DNA from: a virus
Taxonomy: Duplodnaviria > Caudoviricetes
Virus record (IMG/VR): IMGVR_UViG_3300020045_007290
Location: 1-42,159 of that record
Direction: 5' to 3' (one strand)
DNA length: 42,159 nucleotides
A program made the position numbers and the translations under genes. The notes under the pieces are model-generated. The model had not been told where the DNA came from, searched no databases, and saw nothing but the letters and a program-made list of their open reading frames with translations. Positions 1 to 8,735 of this stretch are shown here, one piece after another (position 1 is the first letter of the stretch; the number at the start of each line of letters is the position of its first letter).

Positions 1-121
1 AGAGGAACTAATTGAACAAAAAGCAGTTGATGGGATACAAAGTGCTTATGAATCAATACTTTTATTTTTTCAAGAACTAACTAAAAAATAATAAACTATG
101 TTCGTACAAGAAACAGCAGAT
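1..121. repeat. Terminal direct repeat, copy 1 (circular assembly overlap)
   Basis: 1-121 is identical to 42039-42159, and ORFs read through the junction. Confidence 0.95.
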
Positions 122-310
122 GTCGCAACTGAAGTAATGGAAACAGTTTTATTCACAAAGTTATCAACAGAATTGATCGACAAAGCAAAAGTATCACAAT
201 TTCTTCCTATCATGCGATACGTTGGCGCAGAATGGAACTTCAATATCAGTAAGAATGCAGATTCAAAAACAGTCAGAAAAATAATTATAAACTCAATAAA
301 AAACAATTAA
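98..310 (+). CDS. Hypothetical protein
   Basis: 70 aa, ATG with A-rich leader, tightly packed in the + strand operon. Confidence 0.65.
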   Translation: MFVQETADVATEVMETVLFTKLSTELIDKAKVSQFLPIMRYVGAEWNFNISKNADSKTVRKIIINSIKNN

Positions 311-315
311 TCAAA

Positions 316-1056
316 ATGAAAAAGCAAGACAGAAAAATTTTAGCACTATCAGCAGTTGGAGGCAACCTAAAAATAGAGGGGCTTTCAGCTTACACGATCA
401 ACAACCTTTCAGCTTACACGATCAACAACCTTTCAGCTTACACGATCAACAACCTTTCAGCTGACACGATCAACAACCTTTCAGCTGACACGATCAACAA
501 CCTTTCAGCTTACACGATCAACAACCTTTCAGCTAACACGATCAACAACCTTTCAGCTTACACGATCAAAAACCTTTCAGCTTACACGATCAAAAACCTT
601 TCAGCTGACACGATCAACAACCTTTCAGCTTACACGATCAACAACCTTTCAGCTGACACGATCAACAACCTTAAAATTTACCAAGACCTCTTCGAGGCCT
701 TGCCTGTGCTTGTTAAGCCTTACACTTCACTTCTTGCAGACATCAACGACAAAAAAAGAATTCACGATCAATCGACATTCGGTGACATTGAAGAATTCGA
801 TCCTGAAGCGAACGTGTGTGGAACTAGAATGTGTACTGCTGGGCATTTTGTTAATATGGCAGGTGAAGTTGGATATAAAGCACAAAACATTTTCGGATGG
901 GAAAAAGCAGCAGCGATGATCTGCTTAAAAGCGCATCCTGATTTTCCAATTCAGAACTTCGGAGGTATTTCTCAAAAGAGCGCATTAGCATTCATTGAAG
1001 AAATGGCGGATTTAGAAGCAAGTGGCTTGACAGTTAAAGAGTGGTTGGAATCATAA
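316..1056 (+). CDS. Octapeptide-repeat protein with C-terminal CGTxxCxAG domain
   Basis: 12 x LSA[Y/D/N]TI[N/K]N; the C-terminal CGTRMCTAGH...AG...G resembles the domain that follows pentapeptide repeats in phage proteins. Confidence 0.75.
   Translation: MKKQDRKILALSAVGGNLKIEGLSAYTINNLSAYTINNLSAYTINNLSADTINNLSADTINNLSAYTINNLSANTINNLSAYTIKNLSAYTIKNLSADTINNLSAYTINNLSADTINNLKIYQDLFEALPVLVKPYTSLLADINDKKRIHDQSTFGDIEEFDPEANVCGTRMCTAGHFVNMAGEVGYKAQNIFGWEKAAAMICLKAHPDFPIQNFGGISQKSALAFIEEMADLEASGLTVKEWLES
382..669 (+). repeat. 12 x 24-bp tandem repeat ctttcagct[t/g/a]acacgatcaa[c/a]aac
   Basis: Read directly from the sequence; in frame within 316..1056. Confidence 0.97.
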
Positions 1057-1057
1057 G

Positions 1058-1537
1058 ATGATAGTCACTGTATGCACTGATGCAAGTTTCAGTTGGTCTT
1101 TAGAAAGAGGCAGCTTCGCTTTTTGGATTGTGTCGAATCAAGGTAAGATTGCGAAGTCTGGAATGCTGAACAAAAGAATTCACAGAGCGGAGCAGGCAGA
1201 ATTTCAGTGCATCATCAATGCGATTCACGTTCTTATTGCTGCTGATTGGAAAGATGTTGAAAAGATAATAATAAACACAGACTGTTTGAATGTGATTCAT
1301 CTGATCAGCGGGAATAAGAATGCGATTCGAAAATACAGATTAGGTTCGTGGGGTAATCATTTGGTATTGCTGCTGAAATTAATGATCGACAAATCAAAGC
1401 TGAAGAAAGTAAAACTTGAATTTCGACATGTACGCGCACATGTATCGACAGCGACACCGAAACAATGGGTAAATGATTGGTGCGATAAAGAAGCAAAGAA
1501 ACAATTAATGAATTTTGTAAACGCTCAGAAAAAATGA
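1058..1537 (+). CDS. rnhA: Ribonuclease HI-like protein
   Basis: TDAS, AE, NTDC, HVRAH and NDWCD motifs supply the D/E/D/H/D catalytic set. Confidence 0.85.
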   Translation: MIVTVCTDASFSWSLERGSFAFWIVSNQGKIAKSGMLNKRIHRAEQAEFQCIINAIHVLIAADWKDVEKIIINTDCLNVIHLISGNKNAIRKYRLGSWGNHLVLLLKLMIDKSKLKKVKLEFRHVRAHVSTATPKQWVNDWCDKEAKKQLMNFVNAQKK

Positions 1538-1914
1538 TAAAAGAAAACGAATTAAGAATTTGGAATTTAGCTTATGATGCTAAAATGAAATCGCCAATAC
1601 AGATTTTATCAATAAACTTTTATGGAGTTAAGATGGCGTATAGTTGGAATAGAGATTTTAATGAAAGAGGGCGTAATGGAGGTGGGATATTTCTTGAATA
1701 TAAATATATTGAAGGAATCCCCCTAACAGAAGAATGGCTGGTTAAGTTTGATTTTTTATTTGAAGATAAAACAGCAAGTCGATTAAAATTAGATACAGAA
1801 TTTGGAGAAGTTTTAATAAGACTAAAAGACCTTTCTGCTAATTGTAAATACGTTCACGAACTTCAGAACATTTATTTCGCGTTATACAAAAAGGAACTAG
1901 AACTAAAAAAATAA
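1534..1914 (+). CDS. Conserved phage protein (ELRIxN...IPLTEEW...HELQN family)
   Basis: Motifs shared with the next ORF; ATGA overlap with the upstream gene. Confidence 0.75.
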   Translation: MIKENELRIWNLAYDAKMKSPIQILSINFYGVKMAYSWNRDFNERGRNGGGIFLEYKYIEGIPLTEEWLVKFDFLFEDKTASRLKLDTEFGEVLIRLKDLSANCKYVHELQNIYFALYKKELELKK

Positions 1915-1917
1915 AAC

Positions 1918-2304
1918 ATGAAAAAAGAATTGAGAATAGGAAACTTCTTTACCTCACACATTGGAATCGAAGGCAGCTGGATCGAACGTCAAAGGGTATC
2001 ACATTTAGGAATGGGAAAAGATATTTATGAATGTACTTCGGAAACATTTCAATATGATAAGTCAAGCATCTTCGCAAGAATACCACTAACAAAAGAATGG
2101 GCAGAAGGGTTCGGGTGGGATAATAATGATGTTCATGAATTCTTTGGAATCTTCGGACTATACTTTCACGATGGAAAATTCTGTTTGGGTTATGTCGATC
2201 AGTATTGTTCGCGTGTATTCTCGCTTGAAATTAAGTGGGTTCATCAGCTTCAGAATTTATACTTTGAATTAACAGGAAATCATTTAAAATTTAAAAAGAA
2301 ATGA
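1918..2304 (+). CDS. Paralog of 1534..1914
   Basis: ELRIGN...IPLTKEW...VHQLQNLYFELTG. Confidence 0.75.
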   Translation: MKKELRIGNFFTSHIGIEGSWIERQRVSHLGMGKDIYECTSETFQYDKSSIFARIPLTKEWAEGFGWDNNDVHEFFGIFGLYFHDGKFCLGYVDQYCSRVFSLEIKWVHQLQNLYFELTGNHLKFKKK

Positions 2305-2531
2305 TGTTTGTTCGATATGTTATGTACAATGAAGAATGGATGATTGAAGCTGAAAACGATTTCGATAAAGTATTTGATCTGCTGCTTAAACAATGGAATG
2401 AAACTAAATCAGAATACGAATTGCATTGCTTGATTACACATTGTAAAACGCCTCTTTGTATTATACAGAAAGATGCTTGTAAGCTGCCTTATGACAAAGA
2501 AATTTTTGAACTATTAAATACTACAAAATGA
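2301..2531 (+). CDS. Hypothetical protein
   Basis: ATGA-coupled on both sides. Confidence 0.65.
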   Translation: MMFVRYVMYNEEWMIEAENDFDKVFDLLLKQWNETKSEYELHCLITHCKTPLCIIQKDACKLPYDKEIFELLNTTK

Positions 2532-2884
2532 TAATTAATCAAGAAGATATTGATAAGATTCGACCTGAAAAGATTTGGTTTCCAAAGCCAATGCGTGCGC
2601 TGTCAAAGAAAGAAAGAATTCGCATTTATGAATACGCGCTGAAGAAAGTTTCGAATGGTTCACATGAATTTATGTGCAACGCAATTGCGAGAGGCGTTGA
2701 AACGTATCACAAAAGATACATCACTGATTTAGATGTCATTCGATTGTTTCCTGAATTCGATAAACATAAACCTGAAGGCGCTGATTATGCAGGAGGATGG
2801 TGGAAACATTATGAGATTGGAGCAAAGCAGTGTAAACAGAATCGAATCGAGTACTTAAATAAAATAATTAATCTATTAAAATAA
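2528..2884 (+). CDS. Hypothetical protein
   Basis: 118 aa, ATGA-coupled. Confidence 0.7.
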   Translation: MIINQEDIDKIRPEKIWFPKPMRALSKKERIRIYEYALKKVSNGSHEFMCNAIARGVETYHKRYITDLDVIRLFPEFDKHKPEGADYAGGWWKHYEIGAKQCKQNRIEYLNKIINLLK

Positions 2885-2895
2885 TTTGCATACCA

Positions 2896-2916
2896 TTTTA
2901 CAAAAACGTAAATTTG
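2896..2916 (+). promoter_or_regulatory. Operator-like inverted repeat TTTTACAAAAACGTAAA overlapping a -7 box (TAAATTTG, 2909-2916)
   Basis: Same motif at 5386, 41222 and 41310; matches the Bacteroidota -7 consensus TAnnTTTG. Confidence 0.75.
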
Positions 2917-2933
2917 CATAAATTAAAAAACAA

Positions 2934-3122
2934 ATGAAAAAAGAGAATTTAGGAAAAGTACTAGCGAAACAAATGCTGAAGAAAGGTGTAAAAAAAATCT
3001 TTGTTTCTAAGCTTTTAAATATCACTCGCCCAACTCTGAACACACGATTGATCGATGGCGACTTCAAAGAACATCAGATCACTAAACTTCAATCCGAAGG
3101 CTTACTGCCGTTCAGTGAATAG
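2934..3122 (+). CDS. Small Cro-like HTH regulator
   Basis: 62 aa, basic; KIFVSKLLNITRPTLNTRL resembles an HTH. Confidence 0.65.
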   Translation: MKKENLGKVLAKQMLKKGVKKIFVSKLLNITRPTLNTRLIDGDFKEHQITKLQSEGLLPFSE

Positions 3123-3255
3123 CATCATACTTATATCGCTCGCTCTTATAGTTTTATTCTTCGTTGGAAGAATAGATCACGGGAAAGAAATGCGTTCGCA
3201 TGATAAAAATAAACGATTCAAACAATTAAAAAACAGATATGGAAGAACAAAATAA
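3115..3255 (+). CDS. Small membrane protein (GTG start at 3115 preferred)
   Basis: Hydrophobic IILISLALIVLFFVG followed by a basic tail. Confidence 0.45.
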   Translation: MNSIILISLALIVLFFVGRIDHGKEMRSHDKNKRFKQLKNRYGRTK

Positions 3256-3919
3256 AAATTTACCGACAGTCGCTCAGCTGTTTGAAGGTAACACAGAATT
3301 GGCAATCAAGACAGAAAACTTGAATTTTTATCTTAATCAAGAACCTCCCGCGAAATGGATCAAAGAACATCCGTACATAAAAGGGTATAGATATTTGCCT
3401 ATTGACAAAATCGAATTGATGCTTCGAAAGATTTTCAAGCGTTACAGAATTGAAATCACAGGTCAAGGGACAGCATTCAATGGCGTGTGGGTAACAGTGC
3501 GCGTGCATTATCTGAACCCTGTTTCAGGAGAAATGGAATGGCATGATGGCATTGGTGCTGATCAGCTGCAAACGAAAGCAGGTACGAGCGCATCTGATCT
3601 GATTAACATCAATAATGGTGCTATCTCAATGGCGTTCCCGAAAGCTAAAACGATGGCTGTAAAAGATGCGTGTGATCACTTCGGTAAGTTGTTTGGCTGT
3701 GACATCAATCGTAAGGATACGCTAGGTTTTAGCTATGATCAAACACTAGGAAATGAAGGCGCTGTTCATCAAGATATACTTGATCAGTTCGACTTAATGA
3801 CTTCAGTTGATGAACTTACAAATTATGCTGATACATTACCGAAATCAGATACGAACACACTTGCTTTCAGAAAAGCATTCAACAAAAGAAGACTTGAACT
3901 TTTACCTAAAAACGCCTAA
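3239..3919 (+). CDS. Rad52/Sak-like single-strand annealing protein
   Basis: YLPIDKIE...VTVRV...HDGIG...KAKTMAVKDAC..FG pattern; adjacent to an exonuclease. Confidence 0.7.
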   Translation: MEEQNKNLPTVAQLFEGNTELAIKTENLNFYLNQEPPAKWIKEHPYIKGYRYLPIDKIELMLRKIFKRYRIEITGQGTAFNGVWVTVRVHYLNPVSGEMEWHDGIGADQLQTKAGTSASDLININNGAISMAFPKAKTMAVKDACDHFGKLFGCDINRKDTLGFSYDQTLGNEGAVHQDILDQFDLMTSVDELTNYADTLPKSDTNTLAFRKAFNKRRLELLPKNA

Positions 3920-3921
3920 TA

Positions 3922-4719
3922 ATGGAAACGCTACCACAAAATGACAAAGAATATTTTGCACTTGATCGAATGAGTAACAGTGCGCTGAAGCATTTCAAAC
4001 GCTCTCCGCGACATTATCTATGGAACAAACAACACAAGCAGCAGCCAACACCTGCAATGATCTTTGGCAGTGCATTTCATTGTTTCATTTTGGAACAAGA
4101 AAGATTTAAAAAAGATTATGCAGTGATGCAAAACGCTGATGGGCGCACGCGAGAAGGAAAAGCGTACAAAGAACAATTTTATTTGGAGCATGGCGGCAAA
4201 GAAATAATCACGATGGAAGATTATTTCACGCTTCAGAAGATGCAAGAAAAATTAAGCAAGAATGTTTTTGCAATGGAATTGCTTAATGAACAAGGGGAAG
4301 TTGAAAAGCCTTTTCTTTGGCAAGATGAAATCAGTGGTGTTCAAATGAAAGCGAAAATGGATAAAGTTTGTCCTGACTTCACGCTTGATCTAAAGACTAC
4401 GATCAACGCTCAGCCTGATTCATTTGCAAATACTTGTTTCAATGAATACTTGACACAGCCATCAGTTTATGTTGATGCGCGACATCAGAACGGAATGAAG
4501 CAAGGTGTTTTTTATTTCATCGCAATCGAAAAGGAACAGCCTTACGGAATTTCGATTCACAAAGTTGCACGCGATTTCATTGAAGCAGGCAGAATGTCTT
4601 ATACAACTATTCTTCAAGATTATGCGTACTGGCTAGAAATGGGCAGCCCTGATGTCGATTATTCATGGCACGCACCGAAAGGATACTTCACTTTAAATTT
4701 ACCGTCATGGGCAAAATAA
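3922..4719 (+). CDS. PD-(D/E)XK exonuclease VIII-like protein (DUF3799/RecE-like)
   Basis: SNSALK...FGSAFHCFILE...EKPF...KAKMD...DLKTT...Q..VY motifs. Confidence 0.85.
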   Translation: METLPQNDKEYFALDRMSNSALKHFKRSPRHYLWNKQHKQQPTPAMIFGSAFHCFILEQERFKKDYAVMQNADGRTREGKAYKEQFYLEHGGKEIITMEDYFTLQKMQEKLSKNVFAMELLNEQGEVEKPFLWQDEISGVQMKAKMDKVCPDFTLDLKTTINAQPDSFANTCFNEYLTQPSVYVDARHQNGMKQGVFYFIAIEKEQPYGISIHKVARDFIEAGRMSYTTILQDYAYWLEMGSPDVDYSWHAPKGYFTLNLPSWAK

Positions 4720-4871
4720 ATCATCTGTATTCAATTAAAATACTTCAGAATGTTGTCGATAACATCAGAAAGAAATCAAACGACTTGAAAAAGAAGATGG
4801 CGAAAGTCATGCAGCTGAATTATTTATTGAAGAGGAGATCGCTGAGCGCAAAGAATACATCAAGCAAGTGA
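4707..4871 (+). CDS. Hypothetical protein
   Basis: Short basic ORF filling the gap; start uncertain. Confidence 0.35.
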   Translation: MGKINHLYSIKILQNVVDNIRKKSNDLKKKMAKVMQLNYLLKRRSLSAKNTSSK

Positions 4872-4893
4872 GTGAATCAATTAAACTTTTAAA

Positions 4894-5370
4894 ATGAAAT
4901 ACGAATTTATATCTGTAATAAAAAACAATCGACTTCAGCCTTCAGTTACTAGAAATATTCTGAAGCTGATTGAAGGAAAAGATGGAAAGAGATATAAAAT
5001 CACGCTTGAAAAAATATCTGCAAAAAGAAGCTTAGCACAAAACAATTACATTCATTTGCTGTTCACTCTATTCACTGAAGCTTTGAATGAATTAGGAAAC
5101 GAATTTTCAATGCTGACAGTAAAAGAATTATGCAAAACAAAGTTCCCTTTTTATGTTGATGTCGTTGATATGTCTTCAGGCGAAGTGATCGGGCAAGAAA
5201 GAAAAGGAACGCATGATTTCACAAAAGAAGAAATGTCGATCTTCGTTGATAAAGTGATACAGTGGGCAGCAGAATCATTCAGAATAAAGCTACCTTATCC
5301 GAATGAACACTTCGAACTTGACTTCGATAAGAGCGATAAAATGTTCAATCATTTCACGAAGGAACAATAA
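4894..5370 (+). CDS. NinB/Orf-like recombination accessory protein
   Basis: KRSLAQNNYIH motif; T...TKEEMS.F...V..WA C-terminus. Confidence 0.6.
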   Translation: MKYEFISVIKNNRLQPSVTRNILKLIEGKDGKRYKITLEKISAKRSLAQNNYIHLLFTLFTEALNELGNEFSMLTVKELCKTKFPFYVDVVDMSSGEVIGQERKGTHDFTKEEMSIFVDKVIQWAAESFRIKLPYPNEHFELDFDKSDKMFNHFTKEQ

Positions 5371-5385
5371 ATAGTTCCTAAGTTA

Positions 5386-5427
5386 TTTTACAAAAACGTA
5401 AAACATAAAAGAAAAGTATTATATTTG
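5386..5427 (+). promoter_or_regulatory. Operator TTTTACAAAAACGTAAAA (5386-5403) plus -7 box TATATTTG (5420-5427) upstream of folE
   Basis: Repeated motif and promoter consensus. Confidence 0.75.
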
Positions 5428-5448
5428 TCAAAAATTATTAGTCGCTCA

Positions 5449-5997
5449 ATGAAAATAAACACTAATGAACTGAAAGCAGTTCAAACACTTTTGAAATCAA
5501 TTGGACAAGATACGAGCCGCGAAGGCTTGATCGACACGCCAAAAAGATATGTGAAATTCCTGAAAGAGTTTTGCACTCCCAAAAAATTTAAGTTCACAAT
5601 GTTTCAGAATGAAGGTTCTGATCGTATGATCATTGTAAAAGATATTCCTTTCTTTTCGTTGTGTGAACATCATTTAGCGCCTTTCTTCGGGACTGCTGCA
5701 ATAGCTTACATCCCGAATGATAAGATCGTAGGCTTATCAAAACTACCTCGCACGCTTGACATGTTCGCACGACAGCCACAGAATCAAGAACGAATCGGGA
5801 AGCATGTTGCTGATTATTTAATGAAACAGCTGAACCCTAAAGGCGTTGCTGTTATGATTGAAGCACGACATCTTTGCGTTGAAATGCGCGGAGTACAAAA
5901 GCATAATGTTTCGACAGTTACTTCAGAAATGCGTGGCGTGTTTCTTGATGATCTGAACTGTCGCCAAGAATTCTTATCACTAATAAAAAACAAATAA
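5449..5997 (+). CDS. folE: GTP cyclohydrolase I
   Basis: REGLIDTPKR, SLCEHHLAPF, GLSKL, QE, HLCVEMRGV; ATG 5449 is preferred because TTG 5425 lies inside the -7 box. Confidence 0.95.
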   Translation: MKINTNELKAVQTLLKSIGQDTSREGLIDTPKRYVKFLKEFCTPKKFKFTMFQNEGSDRMIIVKDIPFFSLCEHHLAPFFGTAAIAYIPNDKIVGLSKLPRTLDMFARQPQNQERIGKHVADYLMKQLNPKGVAVMIEARHLCVEMRGVQKHNVSTVTSEMRGVFLDDLNCRQEFLSLIKNK

Positions 5998-6489
5998 ATG
6001 ATCACAGCTGAACGATACCACGATATTTCGTGTGGGCATAGAGTTTATGGACACGAAAGCAAATGCGCTCACTTGCATGGGCATAATTACAGAATTCATT
6101 TCAAGGTTAAAGCGGATGATGATACACTTGATACAGTCGGGCGCGTTGTTGATTTCTCAGTGATCAAAGAAAAACTTTGCATGTGGTTAGAAAACACATG
6201 GGATCATAAAATGTTGATTTGGGAACTAGATCCTTTTTGCAAGAAGATTGCTGAACTTGACCCGAACGGATTAGTGATCACAAACTTTAATCCCACAGCT
6301 GAAAATATTGCTAAATACCTTGTCGAGGTGATCGCACCAAAGCAGCTTTCAGAAACAGGATGCACATTGATCGAATGCAGAATCGAAGAAACTGCAAAGT
6401 GTTCAGCAACTTATTCGAAAGCTGACTGCTTAGAACGCGTTGAAATTTTAGAAAGCAAGATGGAAGAAGTTTTGCCTAGCATATCATAA
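5998..6489 (+). CDS. queD: 6-carboxytetrahydropterin synthase
   Basis: GHR, CAHLHGHNY, DF, WDH, PTAENIA, ET motifs. Confidence 0.93.
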   Translation: MITAERYHDISCGHRVYGHESKCAHLHGHNYRIHFKVKADDDTLDTVGRVVDFSVIKEKLCMWLENTWDHKMLIWELDPFCKKIAELDPNGLVITNFNPTAENIAKYLVEVIAPKQLSETGCTLIECRIEETAKCSATYSKADCLERVEILESKMEEVLPSIS

Positions 6490-6518
6490 TAAATACTAAC
6501 CCTTAAAAAATAGAAAAC

Positions 6519-6932
6519 ATGTTTAGATTAATTCAAGGATTCTCGAAATACGAAATTTCTGAAACAGGAATCATTCGTAATGTTAAAACAAAAATGATCG
6601 TTACAAAAGAGCAAGGCGGTACAACTTGCCGAATGATCGATGATTCAGGCGTAAGAAAGTCTGTGAAAATTTCTGAAATTAAAGCTGCTGGCGTTTCTGC
6701 TGCTGCTCCAAAGAAAGAAGCGAAAAAAGAAATCACAGCAACAAAAGCACCAAAGAAAGTGAAAGAAAAGAAAGAAGCGAAAGAGCGCGGGAAACTTTCT
6801 GATGCTCAAACTGCTGAGATTAGAACGATTTTCAAGAAAGGCGATACAAAGCAAAAAGACCTTGCAGCGCGTTTCAAAGTACACCCATCAACAATTTCTG
6901 AAATCATTAACTTAAAAACTAGAAACAAATAA
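6519..6932 (+). CDS. NUMOD4-like / K-A-E-rich linker / HTH protein lacking an HNH core
   Basis: IQGFSKYEISETGIIRN at the N-terminus; KLS...EIR...QKDLAARFKVHPSTISEI at the C-terminus. Confidence 0.65.
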   Translation: MFRLIQGFSKYEISETGIIRNVKTKMIVTKEQGGTTCRMIDDSGVRKSVKISEIKAAGVSAAAPKKEAKKEITATKAPKKVKEKKEAKERGKLSDAQTAEIRTIFKKGDTKQKDLAARFKVHPSTISEIINLKTRNK

Positions 6933-7597
6933 TGAGCAAAGCAGTCGTTATATTTTCGGGCGGTCAAGATTCTACAACGTGCCTTTTTTGGGCGCTGAAT
7001 CGATTCGCTGAGGTTGAATGTATTACATTTAACTATGGGCAAAAGCATGTGATCGAACTGAAGCAATCAAAGATCATTTGCGAAAAAGCAAAAGTGAAAC
7101 AAACGATCATCGACATTTCTTTCTTAGATCAGATCGTGGAATCAGCATTGATTTCGAATGGCGACATTAATGCAACGAACGAAAAAGGACTGCCTGCTTC
7201 ATTCGTCCCGAACAGAAATCAGCTGTTCATTACATTAGCACACGCATACGCTCAGAAGATTAATGCAACGCATCTGATTACTGGAGTTTGTCAGACAGAT
7301 TATTCAGGCTATCCTGATTGCCGTCAAGACTTCATCGATGCTGTTCAGCTTGCTTCGAACATCGGGTCAGATTCTAAAATCACAATCTTAACTCCACTGA
7401 TGCACCTCAGCAAAGCGCAAATTTTTAATCTTGCAGCTGTTAATAATTGCTTAGAAGATGTGATCGAATTAAGTCATACTTGCTACAACGGGAACAGATT
7501 TAAAAGACACAATTGGGGGCATGGCTGTGGTGAATGTGCTGCTTGCAAATTACGAATGAATGGATATAAGGAATATAAACTATTAACAACAAACTAA
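6932..7597 (+). CDS. queC: 7-cyano-7-deazaguanine (preQ0) synthase
   Basis: SGGQDST, YGQKH, FVPNRN, YPDCR, TCY...CGECAAC. Confidence 0.96.
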   Translation: MSKAVVIFSGGQDSTTCLFWALNRFAEVECITFNYGQKHVIELKQSKIICEKAKVKQTIIDISFLDQIVESALISNGDINATNEKGLPASFVPNRNQLFITLAHAYAQKINATHLITGVCQTDYSGYPDCRQDFIDAVQLASNIGSDSKITILTPLMHLSKAQIFNLAAVNNCLEDVIELSHTCYNGNRFKRHNWGHGCGECAACKLRMNGYKEYKLLTTN

Positions 7598-7602
7598 AAA
7601 CG

Positions 7603-8016
7603 ATGCAAAAAGTAAATCCAAAAGTAGGACAAACAGCAGAAGGAAAATTGATTCCTTTCGTGAGTGAAAAATTTATCAAAGCAAAAGAATTGAAAACTTT
7701 TATCTTCAGTTCAAAGCAAAAGATCGAGATCAAAACATCTGAATTTTCAGCTGTGTGCCCTTTCTCGGGATTGCCTGATCTTGCAAAAGTGATCATCACT
7801 TATTTTCCTGATGGGAAGAAAGCAATCGAGTTGAAAAGCTTAAAATATTATTTCGTATCATTCAGAAACGTTGGTATTTATCAAGAAGCTGTTACAAAAA
7901 GAATCTTCACTGATCTGAAGAAAGTTTTGAAAACGAATCGCATTCATGTTGAAACTATTTATGCTACTCGTGGCGGGTTTGATGTAACATGCGAAGAAGG
8001 AAAGAAACTTGCATGA
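7603..8016 (+). CDS. queF: PreQ0 reductase, single-domain QueF
   Basis: CPFSGLPD catalytic Cys/Asp, QueF motif [11 protein letters not shown]. Confidence 0.88.
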   Translation: MQKVNPKVGQTAEGKLIPFVSEKFIKAKELKTFIFSSKQKIEIKTSEFSAVCPFSGLPDLAKVIITYFPDGKKAIELKSLKYYFVSFRNVGIYQEAVTKRIFTDLKKVLKTNRIHVETIYATRGGFDVTCEEGKKLA

Positions 8017-8735
8017 AGTATTTTTTCAGCAGTCCAGGAAACTCAGAACAAATCCTGAACGAATACAACGTGAAAAACTATTTGCTTTCATTCGCTGTCG
8101 ATGCGAAAGCTGCAAAGAAGTTCATCGGGCATGACATCATTATCGATTCAGGTGCATTCAGTGTTTGGAACAAAGGTGGATCGATAGATATAAATGAGTA
8201 TCTTAAATTTTGCAAACAGCAACCGCAAGAATGGACGTTCATAAATTTAGATGTTATCCCGAAGACAGGTTCATCAGCTGAAGATATTGAAGAATGCTGC
8301 AAACAAGGTTTTGAAAATTTCTTGTTTCTGAAACAGCATTTGAAAAATGTGATGCCTGTTTTCCATTACGGTGATGATATAAAGTGGCTACATGAATATA
8401 TTAAACATGCTGACTACATAGGTATATCTCCCGCGAACGATACGCATGAGAACATTAAACGTGCTTTCTTGACTGAAGTGTTCGACATCACGAAAGATCG
8501 CATTAAAACGCACGGATTAGGTTATTCATCATTTAAAGGCTTATCGATGTTTCCTTTTTACTCTGTTGATTCGATCAGCTGGAAACGTTATCAGATTCAG
8601 ATCGATCAAGAAAAGATTGGGATGTTGAAGTGTAAAGCACTAAGATTCTTGGAGCGAAACAGAATAAAAGAGTTTTTGGAATTAGAACAGAACATCACAA
8701 ACATCTGGAAAAAACGAGGCGTACTATGGCATTAG
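8013..8735 (+). CDS. dpdA: DNA-guanine transglycosylase (TGT fold)
   Basis: IDSGAFS, NLDVIP, PVFH, HGLG, SVDSISW motifs; cluster context; ATGA overlap with queF. Confidence 0.88.
   Translation: MKYFFSSPGNSEQILNEYNVKNYLLSFAVDAKAAKKFIGHDIIIDSGAFSVWNKGGSIDINEYLKFCKQQPQEWTFINLDVIPKTGSSAEDIEECCKQGFENFLFLKQHLKNVMPVFHYGDDIKWLHEYIKHADYIGISPANDTHENIKRAFLTEVFDITKDRIKTHGLGYSSFKGLSMFPFYSVDSISWKRYQIQIDQEKIGMLKCKALRFLERNRIKEFLELEQNITNIWKKRGVLWH

Noticed and set aside
382-669. CRISPR array or DGR variable/template repeat
   Set aside because: Units are contiguous with no spacers and lie in frame in a CDS. AAC/TAC/GAC variation resembles DGR mutagenesis, but there is no reverse transcriptase or separate template repeat, and one variant is C/A.
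5425-5448. TTG start for folE
   Set aside because: It lies inside the predicted -7 promoter box; ATG 5449 is more plausible.
8013-8735. tRNA-guanine transglycosylase for queuosine (auxiliary metabolic gene)
   Set aside because: The protein is short and lacks the Zn-binding CxCxxC region of tRNA TGTs; motifs and context fit phage DpdA.
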